Part shown: positions 1 through 9,647 of the stretch, in pieces
How positions within the stretch are numbered: the stretch's first letter is position 1
Layout of the letters: each line of letters starts with the position of its first letter
NCBI RefSeq assembly: GCF_000372725.1
Contig: NW_005201277.1
Coordinates: forward strand, 134,347-198,346
Reading direction: 5' to 3'
DNA from: Emiliania huxleyi CCMP1516
Taxonomy: Eukaryota
DNA: 64,000 nucleotides
The notes under the pieces: generated by a model
Databases searched by the model: none
Seen by the model: only the letters and a program-made list of their open reading frames with translations
What the model was told of the DNA's origin: nothing
Program-made: the position numbers and the translations under genes

Positions 1-815
1 CCGTCGGAGAGTGCGACGCCCTCGTGGGAAGGCCTCCTCGCCCGCATGGCCAGCCGCATGGCGCAGTCGGTTGGCCAGTCCCTCGCGGAGGCCCTTGAGC
101 TCGACGCGGCAAGCGGCGTGCAGCGGCGGCTGCTGGGGAGCGTCGAGCTCTCAGCCCTGCTCGGAGCCGTCGCCGCCGGCTGCTGCGTCGCCTGCCGCCA
201 CCGCCGGCGGCGGCGGCGAGAGAGGCGGTTCGATCAGCTCGCCGACGAGCCTGACCAGCCGGACCACCAGGAGCTGCACGGCGAGGGGAGGTCCGAGGCT
301 TTTGGCACCGAGCGCAGGAAGAAGCAGGTGGCGCCGCAGCGGGGAGACCGCGTCACAAGCTGCTGTGAACAGCGTCTCTTCACACCTCTAGCTGTGAACA
401 GGTGCCGCAGCGGGGAGACCGCGTCAAGCACGGCAGGCGCGGCGAGGGCACGGTGGCCGAGCTGCTGCCCGACGGCCGCTCGCGCATCGTCTTCGACGAG
501 GAGGAGGAGCACGGCGAGCACCGCTACATCGGGCAGCTGGAGGGGGCAGCGCCGCTCGACTCGCCGCAGCGGCGGCAGGCGACGCGGTCGCACGTCGAAG
601 AGGCGGCACGGCGAGCGAAGCTCGAGGCGAGCGCCGCGGCCGGCAGGCGCGCGCTGAAGGAGCTGCAAAAGGAGCAGGCACGGCAAAAGGAAGCGCAGCA
701 GGAGGCGCAGACCCGCCAGCTGCTGCGGGCGCTGGCGCTCGGCCAGACGCAGCCCAGCCTTGCCCGGAGCCCCAGCCCGGTCCGATCCCGTAGCCGGTCC
801 CTGCCCATCCCGTAG
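1..815 (+). CDS. 3' part of a hypothetical protein (probable TM segment, then coiled coil); intron ~329-401; 5' end may lie outside the window
   Basis: ORF 46.. (LSALLGAVAAGCCVAC hydrophobic stretch) joins ORF 402..815 across an intron ending GCTGTGAACAG at 401. Confidence 0.5.
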
Positions 816-1805
816 CCTCAGCCCTGTCCCTGCCCGGAGCCGCCTCGGGGAGCGAGTCGTGCTCGGCGGGCTCTCGGCCCGCCCCGATCAACGGGCGGCG
901 GGGCGTGGCGCGGAGCTTCGAGGGAGACCGAGACCCAGGCGGCGGCCACTACGTGGTGCATCTCGAGGGCAGCGGCCAAAGCGGGGAGGGGGGGGGTGAG
1001 GTTGTGCGGGTGCGGCCGGAGAATCTGGATGGATTGTGAGTCCGACCCGGCCGCGCTCGCGCGGGCGCCGCCGCACTTTCGCGAGGCGTGGCTCTGAGCA
1101 CCCGTGGGGGGGTGGGGGTGGGAGGGTGGGTGGGTGGTTAATGACTTGAGTAAGGGAAGGCGATTGCGCAGCCGGCACCTCCAGCGCGGCCAACGTTGTT
1201 TCTACTAGACGAGCCTCTGTGGGGAAAAGAATAGATGTTCCGACGTCGACTCGAGTCCGAGAGGAGCGGAGAGAGGATTGGCGAGTGTGGCCCGAGCCGC
1301 GCAGGACGGAGGGGGAGAGCGAGAGGCTGCCGGCGCGCGGGGCGGGAGCGAAAACTCTGCACTCGGCACTGGACTGGCGCGCACTGGCACTAACAGGTAC
1401 ACCACGGGAGCCGCAAAGAATAAAACAAGCTGTAGGTAGGTAGGTAGAAAGGTGAAGAACAGCCAGGCTCGGACTGGACACCAACGCGGTATGGGTGGAC
1501 GCTGGACAGATGATGACGACACGCACGAGCGACACACAGACACAAACAGGCTCACAAGACACACAGCCAGCTGGCTGCCACACACCCTGAGTTGGCGTAC
1601 ACATAACTCAAGGCCACATCCTCCCTGTCGCCCCCCCCAGCACTCCAAGGTGCCAAGAGAAACAAACAAGGGCACAACAAACAACAGACGACAGGAAGTG
1701 ACATGTGAGGCTAGAGCAGCATGCTCCACCTCTAGCAATCTCTCCGGCCGGCAAGCTGTACATAGCTGTACCATACCGCAAAAAGTCCGAACCCTGCAAG
1801 TAAAG

Positions 1806-4800
1806 ATGGCTGGCTCTTGCTCGACGCTGCCGGCGCCGCTCTCCTGGCAGAGCCTCGCGGAGAGCGGGCGGCTCGCCCGCGCGCTTGACAGGGAGAGCTC
1901 GGCCGCGCCACACCTCCGAAAGCTCCGCCTCACCATGGAGCCCAAAGCGGAGCCGCACACGCTGCGGCTCAAAATGCCGTGCGATTGCGGGAGCTGCATC
2001 GTCAAGGCACAGATGAAGGCGGGCGCCTCCTGCCTGGTGCTGGTCTGGAACGAGGAGAAGCAGAAGTGCTCGCTCCGCCTCAAAGAGCTCGCGGACGCCG
2101 CGCCAAGCGAGGGGCCGCCTGCGCCCGCCGCCGGCGTTGCGGCTGCAGAGGCGGACACTCAAGCGGCGGCAAGCACTGCCACTGCCGAGGCGGCGGGCGG
2201 CGAGGGCGGCGCGGGCAGCGAGGGCAGCGAGGGCGGCGAGCGAGGCGAGCGAGGCGACGGCGGCGCGGGCAGCGCGGGCGGCGCGGGCGACGCGGGCGGC
2301 GGCGAGGGCGGAGAGGGCGGAGAGGGCGGAGAGGGCGGTGGGGGCGGCGAGGGCGGCGAGGAGGGTGGCGGCGACGAGGAGGCCGGCGGTGGCGGAGGCG
2401 GCGGCGGCAGCGGTGGCGGTGGCGAGGCTGCGCTGCCGGGAAGCAGCGCAGCGTGTCCGATGGAGCTGGACAGCGACGACGAGCCGGAGCCGGCGGCTGC
2501 TACGGAGCTTGCGGCCTCTGCGGAGGAGAGCGAGCAGAGCCCGCCCCTGCTGGCGCCCGCGGCGCCGGCGGCAGGGGCAGACGAGCCGGCGCCGCTGGAG
2601 GAGGGAGCGGCGGCGGAGGCGCCCGTGGCGGTCGCGGAAGGCTTGCGGCTGCATTTGTCTAGCAGCAGCACGGGATACAAGGGCGTGTACTCGCGAGACG
2701 GCCGCTTCTACGCGGAGCGCAGTGTGGGCGGAAGAAGTGTCCCACTAGGCCGCTTCGACACGGCGGTGGAGGCGGCGGTGGCCTATGCGCGGGCGGTCGG
2801 GGAGTACAAGCCTCCGGCTCCTCCGACAGTGGCGGCAGAGGCGGAGGGGCTGCGGCTGCACCTCTCCAGCAGCACCAGTACCGGCTACAAGGGGGTGACT
2901 ATATCTACGCATCACAGTGGCGGCTTCCGGGCGGAGCACTATGTGCGCGGAAGGCCAGTCCACGTCGGACGCTTCGACACGGCGGTGGAGGCAGCGGTGG
3001 CGTACGCGCGGGTGGTCGGCGAGGCACCGGAAGCGGGCTCGGCGGTGGCGGCAGCAGCAGGGCAGGCGTCGGCGGCACCGCTGGGCGAGACGGCAGAAGG
3101 CGCAGCCGCTGCCGAGCCGGTGGAGGCGGAGGCGGCGGGCGCGGCGGCGGCGGCAGGGGCAGAGCAGCCGGCGCCGCTGGAGGAGGGAGCGGCGGCGGAT
3201 GCGGCAGAGGAGGCGCCCCTGGCGGAGGAGGCGGAGGGCTTGCGTCTGCATTTGTCCAGCAGCAGCAATGCTGGCTACAAGGGGGTGCGCAAGGACTTGC
3301 GACACGGCCGCGTCTACTTCTACGCGCAGCACAGTGTGGGCGGAAGAAATGTCACGCTAGGCCGTTTCGATACAGCGGTGGAGGCGGCGGTGGCGTACGC
3401 GCGGGCGGTCGGCGAGTACCAGCCTCCGGCTCATCCTCCCCCGACGGTGGCGGCGGAGGCGGAGGGTCTGCATCTGCACCTCTCGAGCAGCAACGCCACC
3501 GGTTACAAGGGCGTGTTCAAGCAGCCCTCTGGCCGCTTCCTGGCGCAGCGCACTGTGGACGGAGGGAGGGTCTGGCTCGGCACCTTCGACACGGCGGTGG
3601 AGGCGGCGGTGGCGTATGCGCGGGTGGTCGGCGAGGCGCCGGAAGCGGGCTCGGCGGTGGCGGCAGCAGCAGGGCAGGCGTCGGCGGCACCGCCACCGTT
3701 GGGCGAGGCGGCAGAAGGCGCAGCCGCTGCCGAGCCGGTGGTGGAGGAGGCGGCGGGCGCGGCGGCGGCGGCAGGGGCAGAAGAGCCGGCGCCGCTGGAG
3801 GAGGGAGCGGCGGCGGCGGCAGCGGCAGCGGAGGCGCCTGTGGCGGAGGTAGCGGAGGGGCGTCGGCTGCACCTCTCGAGCAGCAGCGCCACCGGGTACA
3901 AGCACGTGTACTCGCGAGACGGCCGCTTCCAGGCGCGGCGCCGGATGGGCGGCAGGCAGGTCTCGCTCGGCACCTTCGACACGGCGGTGGAGGCGGCGGT
4001 GGCGTACGCGCGAGCAGTCGGCGAGTACCAACCTCCGGCTCAACCTCCTCCGCCTCCTCCGACGGTGGCGACAGAGTTTGAGGGGCTGCGGTTGCACCTC
4101 TCCGGCAGCCACGCCACCGGCTACAAGGGGGTGTCTAAGCATCACAGTGGCCGCTTCCGGGCGCAGCACTGTGTGCGCGGAAGAAAGGTCCAAGTCGGCA
4201 TCTTTGACACGGCGGTGGAGGCCGCGGTGGCGTACGCGCGGGCGGTCGGGCAGGCACCGGACCGCTCCTCCTCTTCCGCCGCCGGTGGCAGCGGCGCCCG
4301 GCCCCGCCCAGCAAAGCGCCCGCTCGAGCCGACCGACGCGCCGCTGCCGAAGCGGCGCTCTAGCCGCGCCGCCGCCGCCGCCCCCTCGGCTGCCTCCTCC
4401 TCCTCCACCCCTCCCGCCGCTTCCTCCTCCTCTTGCTCCTCCTCCACCGCACCCACCGCACCCACCGCACCCACCGCACTGGCCGCGCCCGCCACCGCCG
4501 CCCGCCCCGCCGCCTCCGCCTCCACCTCCACTGCCGCCGCCGCCGCCCCCACCTCCACCGCCGCCCCTGCCGGCCCCTCGCCGCTCTCGAGCCGCCTGTT
4601 CACGACCACACCGGACGGGCGCACCGTGCTGAGGGAGACGCCCCCTCCGCCCACGGGCGGCATGGCGGCCGTCGCCGCGGCGCTGGCGCAGATCAACCTG
4701 CAGGCCTACGCCGCCGCCTTTGACGCCGAGGGCTACGACGACATCTCGTTCTTGCGCGGACTGGACGCCGCCGAGCGGGCGGACGTGGCCAAGGAGACGG

Positions 4801-4856
4801 GGATGAAGCCCGGGCACGCGGGAAGGTTTGTCAAGTTCGGCTTCGAGCCGCCCTGA
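1806..4856 (+). CDS. Intronless protein with six AP2-like DNA-binding domains (three tandem pairs) and a C-terminal SAM-like domain
   Basis: Six copies of LxLHLS..S.GYKGV...GRF.A......G..V.LG.FDTAVEAAVAYAR; C-terminal LAQINLQAYAAAFDAEGYDDISFL...GMKPGH is SAM-like; first ATG of the ORF is at 1806. Confidence 0.85.
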   Translation: MAGSCSTLPAPLSWQSLAESGRLARALDRESSAAPHLRKLRLTMEPKAEPHTLRLKMPCDCGSCIVKAQMKAGASCLVLVWNEEKQKCSLRLKELADAAPSEGPPAPAAGVAAAEADTQAAASTATAEAAGGEGGAGSEGSEGGERGERGDGGAGSAGGAGDAGGGEGGEGGEGGEGGGGGEGGEEGGGDEEAGGGGGGGGSGGGGEAALPGSSAACPMELDSDDEPEPAAATELAASAEESEQSPPLLAPAAPAAGADEPAPLEEGAAAEAPVAVAEGLRLHLSSSSTGYKGVYSRDGRFYAERSVGGRSVPLGRFDTAVEAAVAYARAVGEYKPPAPPTVAAEAEGLRLHLSSSTSTGYKGVTISTHHSGGFRAEHYVRGRPVHVGRFDTAVEAAVAYARVVGEAPEAGSAVAAAAGQASAAPLGETAEGAAAAEPVEAEAAGAAAAAGAEQPAPLEEGAAADAAEEAPLAEEAEGLRLHLSSSSNAGYKGVRKDLRHGRVYFYAQHSVGGRNVTLGRFDTAVEAAVAYARAVGEYQPPAHPPPTVAAEAEGLHLHLSSSNATGYKGVFKQPSGRFLAQRTVDGGRVWLGTFDTAVEAAVAYARVVGEAPEAGSAVAAAAGQASAAPPPLGEAAEGAAAAEPVVEEAAGAAAAAGAEEPAPLEEGAAAAAAAAEAPVAEVAEGRRLHLSSSSATGYKHVYSRDGRFQARRRMGGRQVSLGTFDTAVEAAVAYARAVGEYQPPAQPPPPPPTVATEFEGLRLHLSGSHATGYKGVSKHHSGRFRAQHCVRGRKVQVGIFDTAVEAAVAYARAVGQAPDRSSSSAAGGSGARPRPAKRPLEPTDAPLPKRRSSRAAAAAPSAASSSSTPPAASSSSCSSSTAPTAPTAPTALAAPATAARPAASASTSTAAAAAPTSTAAPAGPSPLSSRLFTTTPDGRTVLRETPPPPTGGMAAVAAALAQINLQAYAAAFDAEGYDDISFLRGLDAAERADVAKETGMKPGHAGRFVKFGFEPP

Positions 4857-5164
4857 GCGAGCCCGCCGCTAGGGGCTCAGCCCTGGATCAGAGTCGGGTC
4901 CCGACAGGAGCTCTGTCCCAGTACATTTCGAAGCCATGGCCTCAGGGAGCGGGGGCGAGGGCGTTGGGAGCAACACGGACAAAAAACATATTAAAATTCA
5001 TCATGTTCACACCACCCGTATTTGCAACTAGTCACATACGTAGAACGTACGACATATCAATCACCCCATGTGTCATGCGCCATGTGAGATGGGTTCCGTG
5101 CAATGCTCGAGTACTCGCTACACGGCGCTCTACCGCCGTACCGCCCGGTCTGACTCCCGGCGCG

Positions 5165-6673
5165 TCACCTCAGTGTGGCCGAGTGCTCGCCTAGCTGGGC
5201 CGTCTCCTCCTTGGACGGCACGCACCGTAGCCAGCAACGCCGCCGATCCTCGCCGCCGCCCTTGCCGTCCGCCTCGATGTCTCGGGCGCCGGCAGCGCGC
5301 AAGCGAAGCACAACGTCGTTGTGTCCCGCCATTGCAGCCAGAGCGAGGGCCGTTCGCCCGCGAGCGTTCTTTAGGTCCGGGTCCGCGCGGCGCGTGAGGA
5401 GCAAGTCGACGGCCCCGAGGTTGCCCGTCAGAGCTGCGAAATGCAGTGGCGCCGCGCCCGGCATGTTGTCAAAGAGCTCGAAGAATGGGGGGGCCATCCT
5501 CGAAAGCCAGTCGAACACCAAGCAGACAGCGCGGCTGATGAGCATTAGGGGGGGGGTTGCTGCCGTCGAAGAGCTGGAACAGAGCGCCCGCGGCGTGCGC
5601 CGGTTGACGTCGCAGCCCTGGCTGATGCAAAAGTCGAGCGTCTCGACGTCGCCGACGCCGAGGGAGAGGTTCACCGTGAGAAGGCAAGCGCCGAAGCCGT
5701 CAACTGACTGCAGGCTGGCGAAGACGGCCTCCCGCTGCTCGGGCGCGGCGTCGCGCAAATAGCACTGGATGCCGTCCTTGCGGCCAAACAAGGCGGCGAT
5801 GCCCACCGGCAAATCGCCGAAAGCGGTGACGGAGCGCAGCATGGCGCCGCCGCAGCGCTCCATCAGGACACGGATGTTGCCGGCGTGGCCGCCAGCGAGG
5901 GCGGTGTGGAGCGGGGTCGCACCAACTTCCTTATCGTGCCGCGTCGGGTCCGCGCCAGCGTCGAGGAGCATACTGACCAGCTCGGGCGCATCGCGAAAGC
6001 GGCACAGCCGGTACAGAATGGTCTCGCCTCGGATAAAGTCGAACGAGGGGTGCCCTTGCGCGAGTGGGGCTTCGACGTCTGCGCCCGCCGCAATCAGCTC
6101 GCTGGCGAGGTCGCCGCGGCGTGCCAGGACTGCGAAGCGAAGCGGCGTCAGTCCGGAACGGCGCCCGTCGGTGGGCGAGGAAAACTGCATGCGGTGCAGC
6201 CAGGCGTCGAGTGGCTCACTCTGCTGAGGGAGGTCCACCTCGCTGCCCGTGCCCGCGAGGATGGCCTCGGCGAGCGCCTGCGCGCCCGAGCAGCTCAGCT
6301 TGCACGGAACTGTGAGGCAGCAGATACAATGCGCATAGCAGCTACGTTTGCACGGATTTGTGGGTTGGCCGACGCGTTGCTACGCCGGTGGCTCGACACC
6401 GACTTTGAAAGGGTTGATGCTGCGCCGAACTGCGCTAGGCCTCGTACCGTGAGCACGCGGTACCAGAGAAGCTCGCCGGTGGAGAGGGCGTGCGCCGCGC
6501 GCGTGTTGAGCAGCTCGAGGATCCGCGGGCCCAGGATCTCCTAAGGTGCGGTGCGGTGCAAACTTCTCCACACACACAGAGTGGTGGGGCAAGGGCCGGG
6601 CGTCGCGACTCCACGTCTAGACGACAGGAGCCCCACGGCATCAAATGTGCAAGGCCCGGTGCGCGTGGGTGAG

Positions 6674-6752
<79 letters not shown>

Positions 6753-7580
6753 TCGTGTGTGTCCTCCTTGTCGCTCTCGACGGTGAAATCGCCGTGGCCG
6801 ACTGGAGTCGCGAGCCAGTTGCTGGCCATCTGCCCGCAGCCGCCGTAGGTGAAGACGGAAGAGGAGGACTGGGCGACGATCTGCCACTTTGGCATCGGCG
6901 AGAGAGCATTCGCAAGCTGCTCGAGCCGGCACCACCCTACAAGTTCAAGGGCGTGCGTGCGAACGCCGCAGCTCTTACACCCAGCCCGCGGAGGCGGTGG
7001 CCTCACCGCGACGACTCCAGGCCCGATAGTCGCGAGGCGCGCCGCCCTCGTGCCGCCACGCGCCCGCGAGTACGACGAAGAGCGAGCACGAGGTGATGTA
7101 GGTCCCGATGCTGCTGATGGCGTCGAGGCGCGCCTCGACGTTTTCAGCCGCTTGCGGTATCGAGCAGTAGTCAATCCAAAGGTAGCCGTCGGCAAGGTGC
7201 TCGGCGAGGTGCTTGGCCGAGATGTGCATCTCGCCCCACACGAGCCGCTGCAGTGGCCACTCGTGGATGTCCAGCTTCCCGTTGAGCCCGTCCATGAGCA
7301 GTCCGCGCAGAAGGCGGAGCTTGCAGCCGTCCGGGTCCGGATGGGAGCTGCCGAGCCATGTGTGGCTCACAAAGAGCACGCACTCATCGTCCTCCGTGAT
7401 TTCGTGCAGCAGGCCGCGCGCGGCCAGATCCTCGTGCCGTGCCAAATGTTTGTCGGGAAGCGCGATGAGGTCGCGCACGCGCAGCGCCCAGAGCGGGAAG
7501 CGGCGAGACATCGAGAAGCGCGCGTACTTACTGTTCTTCTCGGAACCGCGCAGGCTCGGTGGGGCGGCCCGCCATGGCAT
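5165..7580 (-). CDS. HET-like domain + ankyrin repeat protein (about 4 exons)
   Basis: FVSHTW..HPDP, LWIDYCSIPQ and RG|WCRLE motifs in exons 1-2; TPLRFA, TPLHTA, APLHFAA, TALALAA ankyrin motifs in 5165-6238. Confidence 0.75.
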
Positions 7581-7914
7581 CGCCGTTGCTGCTGTGTCAC
7601 AATCAGCTGCTGTGTCTTCACCCTGGTACTACAACGAGTATCCTAGTGGGTTCGCTCGCGAGGCGGCCTCGGTGCGAGAATCACAATGCCAACCCCGAGG
7701 CGGCCGCGCGCAACCTTCGTTAGATCTACAATGCCAACCGCGCGCGGCCGTCGACCGGCAAGCACACGCCTCGACTCGGACACTGTGTTCCGAGCGAGGG
7801 CAAGGGAGAGGGGCTGGCTCCTAGCCCGAGAGGGGAGCTTCCGAGACCCACTACAAGACCACGCACGCATCATCCCGCGGCCTGGCGGTCGGCGGGATTG
7901 CAACCAGTCTTCGC

Positions 7915-9120
7915 GTGCCGCCTGTCGTTCGCTCGGGCGCCTTGGGCGTCGGGGTGGCGAGCAGGGGACGCAGCTCTGAGCGCCCAGCGCTCGCGCTCTG
8001 CGAGCGCGTGCTGCCCGACAAGACGCTGCGCAGCGCAGAGGCCGCAGCAGCAGCACTCGCAGCTGCCTTTGCCTCGCTCTCCGTCGCCGGCCCGCCTGGG
8101 CCTGCGGCTGGCGCGCAGGCGAGCGGCGGCGCGGCCGCCGCTGGCGGGCGCGGCCTCGGCGCCTTGCGCGGCGGCGAGGCTTACACCTCCGACGAGGAGG
8201 AGGCAGCAGCTGCTGCTGCTTCCCTCTCTGAGGAGCAGCTTGGACCCCGCCTCCCCACCGCCAGCGCTGGTACGAGCGCGGCGGTGGTGGACGGCGAGGA
8301 GGGGCGGCGGCTGGCGGCGGAGGCCGCGGCGGCGACCGCACCCTGCGCGCGGAGCGCGGCGCCTGCGGGGGCGCAGGCCGCGGAGGCGGGTCTGACCATT
8401 GGGTCAGACCCAATGGAGGAGGAATTCCCCGGCGGCGCGGCGCCGGCGGAGGGGGAGGAGAGCGGCGCCGTGTCGCCCGATTGTTCCCGAGAGGTCCACG
8501 TAGCCTCCCTTTTCGAAGGTGAGGCCTCCATGACCGCCCGCACTGAGCCGCGCGGCATAATAATACAGGTATATGAGCTGGTGCTTCGCCGTTGTATCTC
8601 TCCCTGTCCGGCGTGGTGGCTCTCTCGCTCGTGTCCCGTTCTCGTGCCGGCTGGTCCCCAGTTCGAGTTGGTGGGGGGGAGGGGGGGGCCTTCTGGGCCT
8701 TCTGCGCCTTCTGCGCCTTCTGCGCCTTCTGCGCCTTCTCGCCTTCTCGCCTTCTCGCCTTCTCGCCTTCTTGCCGCGCGAGCCGCGGGCGTCGCCCGTG
8801 TTTTTGCTCGCCGAGCGGCCCACACGCCGTCGTGTCTCGTGCTTCCTCGCGTGCGCGGGCCTCGGCGGGCAGCACCTCGTCTGGTGCTCTGGTGGTCGCT
8901 AAATGTGGTGCTGTTTGGCGCCTTGTGGCAGGGCTACTGGCACGCGGAGCTGGGGTATCCACCCGTCTCAGCTCGCTGCCGATCTCTACTACTACCTCCC
9001 GCGTGGCGTGCACGGGAGGCGTCGGGTATCCCGTGTGCCCGGCGGGCGGGGCGCGCACCATGCTGCTTGAGGGTGATCGTCGAGCAAATCAAACGCCCAA
9101 CCACACAGGGACTCCTGTGA
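7915..9120 (+). CDS. Possible hypothetical protein or degenerate gene
   Basis: Ala/Glu-rich open frame with a hydrophobic stretch near 8880-8950 and an internal (CCTTCTGCG)n tract; no recognisable domain. Confidence 0.25.
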   Translation: MPPVVRSGALGVGVASRGRSSERPALALCERVLPDKTLRSAEAAAAALAAAFASLSVAGPPGPAAGAQASGGAAAAGGRGLGALRGGEAYTSDEEEAAAAAASLSEEQLGPRLPTASAGTSAAVVDGEEGRRLAAEAAAATAPCARSAAPAGAQAAEAGLTIGSDPMEEEFPGGAAPAEGEESGAVSPDCSREVHVASLFEGEASMTARTEPRGIIIQVYELVLRRCISPCPAWWLSRSCPVLVPAGPQFELVGGRGGPSGPSAPSAPSAPSAPSRLLAFSPSRLLAARAAGVARVFARRAAHTPSCLVLPRVRGPRRAAPRLVLWWSLNVVLFGALWQGYWHAELGYPPVSARCRSLLLPPAWRAREASGIPCARRAGRAPCCLRVIVEQIKRPTTQGLL

Positions 9121-9194
9121 GAGATTTTGTTTAACCCGGGCTCAAATTCTTTTCTTCGCTAGGCGGGCTCAAATTCTTTTCTTCGCTAGGCAGC

Positions 9195-9605
9195 ATGCGC
9201 GCCGCGACGACCCGATGCCATCGGAGCCTGCTGTGCCGGCCGCTGTGGCAGTCGCTGGATGGCCGCCTCGCCAGCGCCTCGCCCAGGCGGCACTTGGCCA
9301 GCGGTGCGCCAAAGGCTGCGCGCCGCCGCGGCCCGGGCGATCCTGTGCTGGTGCCGGAGCTGTGCAGCGCTGGCAGGCTCGCCGGCTTGCTCGGCATGTC
9401 TCCGGAAGGGCTGCTGGCGCTGGCAGAGTCGCTGGGCGAGCCGCTCGCGTCGGAGAGCGCGCCGGTCGGCCGCGAGCTCATCGAGCTCGTCGCCCTCGAG
9501 ACCGGCCGCTCCGTCTCGCTGCAGCAAGTCGACGCCGTCCCGCGGCCGGCGCCGTCCGCAGCAGAGCTCGCCGAGCTGCCGCTTCGCCCGCCGGTGGTGA
9601 CGCTG

Positions 9606-9647
<42 letters not shown>

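Noticed and set aside
6435..7096. Poly-HT / poly-CV ORFs (also near 41830 and 51350)
   Set aside because: Translations of (CA)n/(GT)n microsatellites
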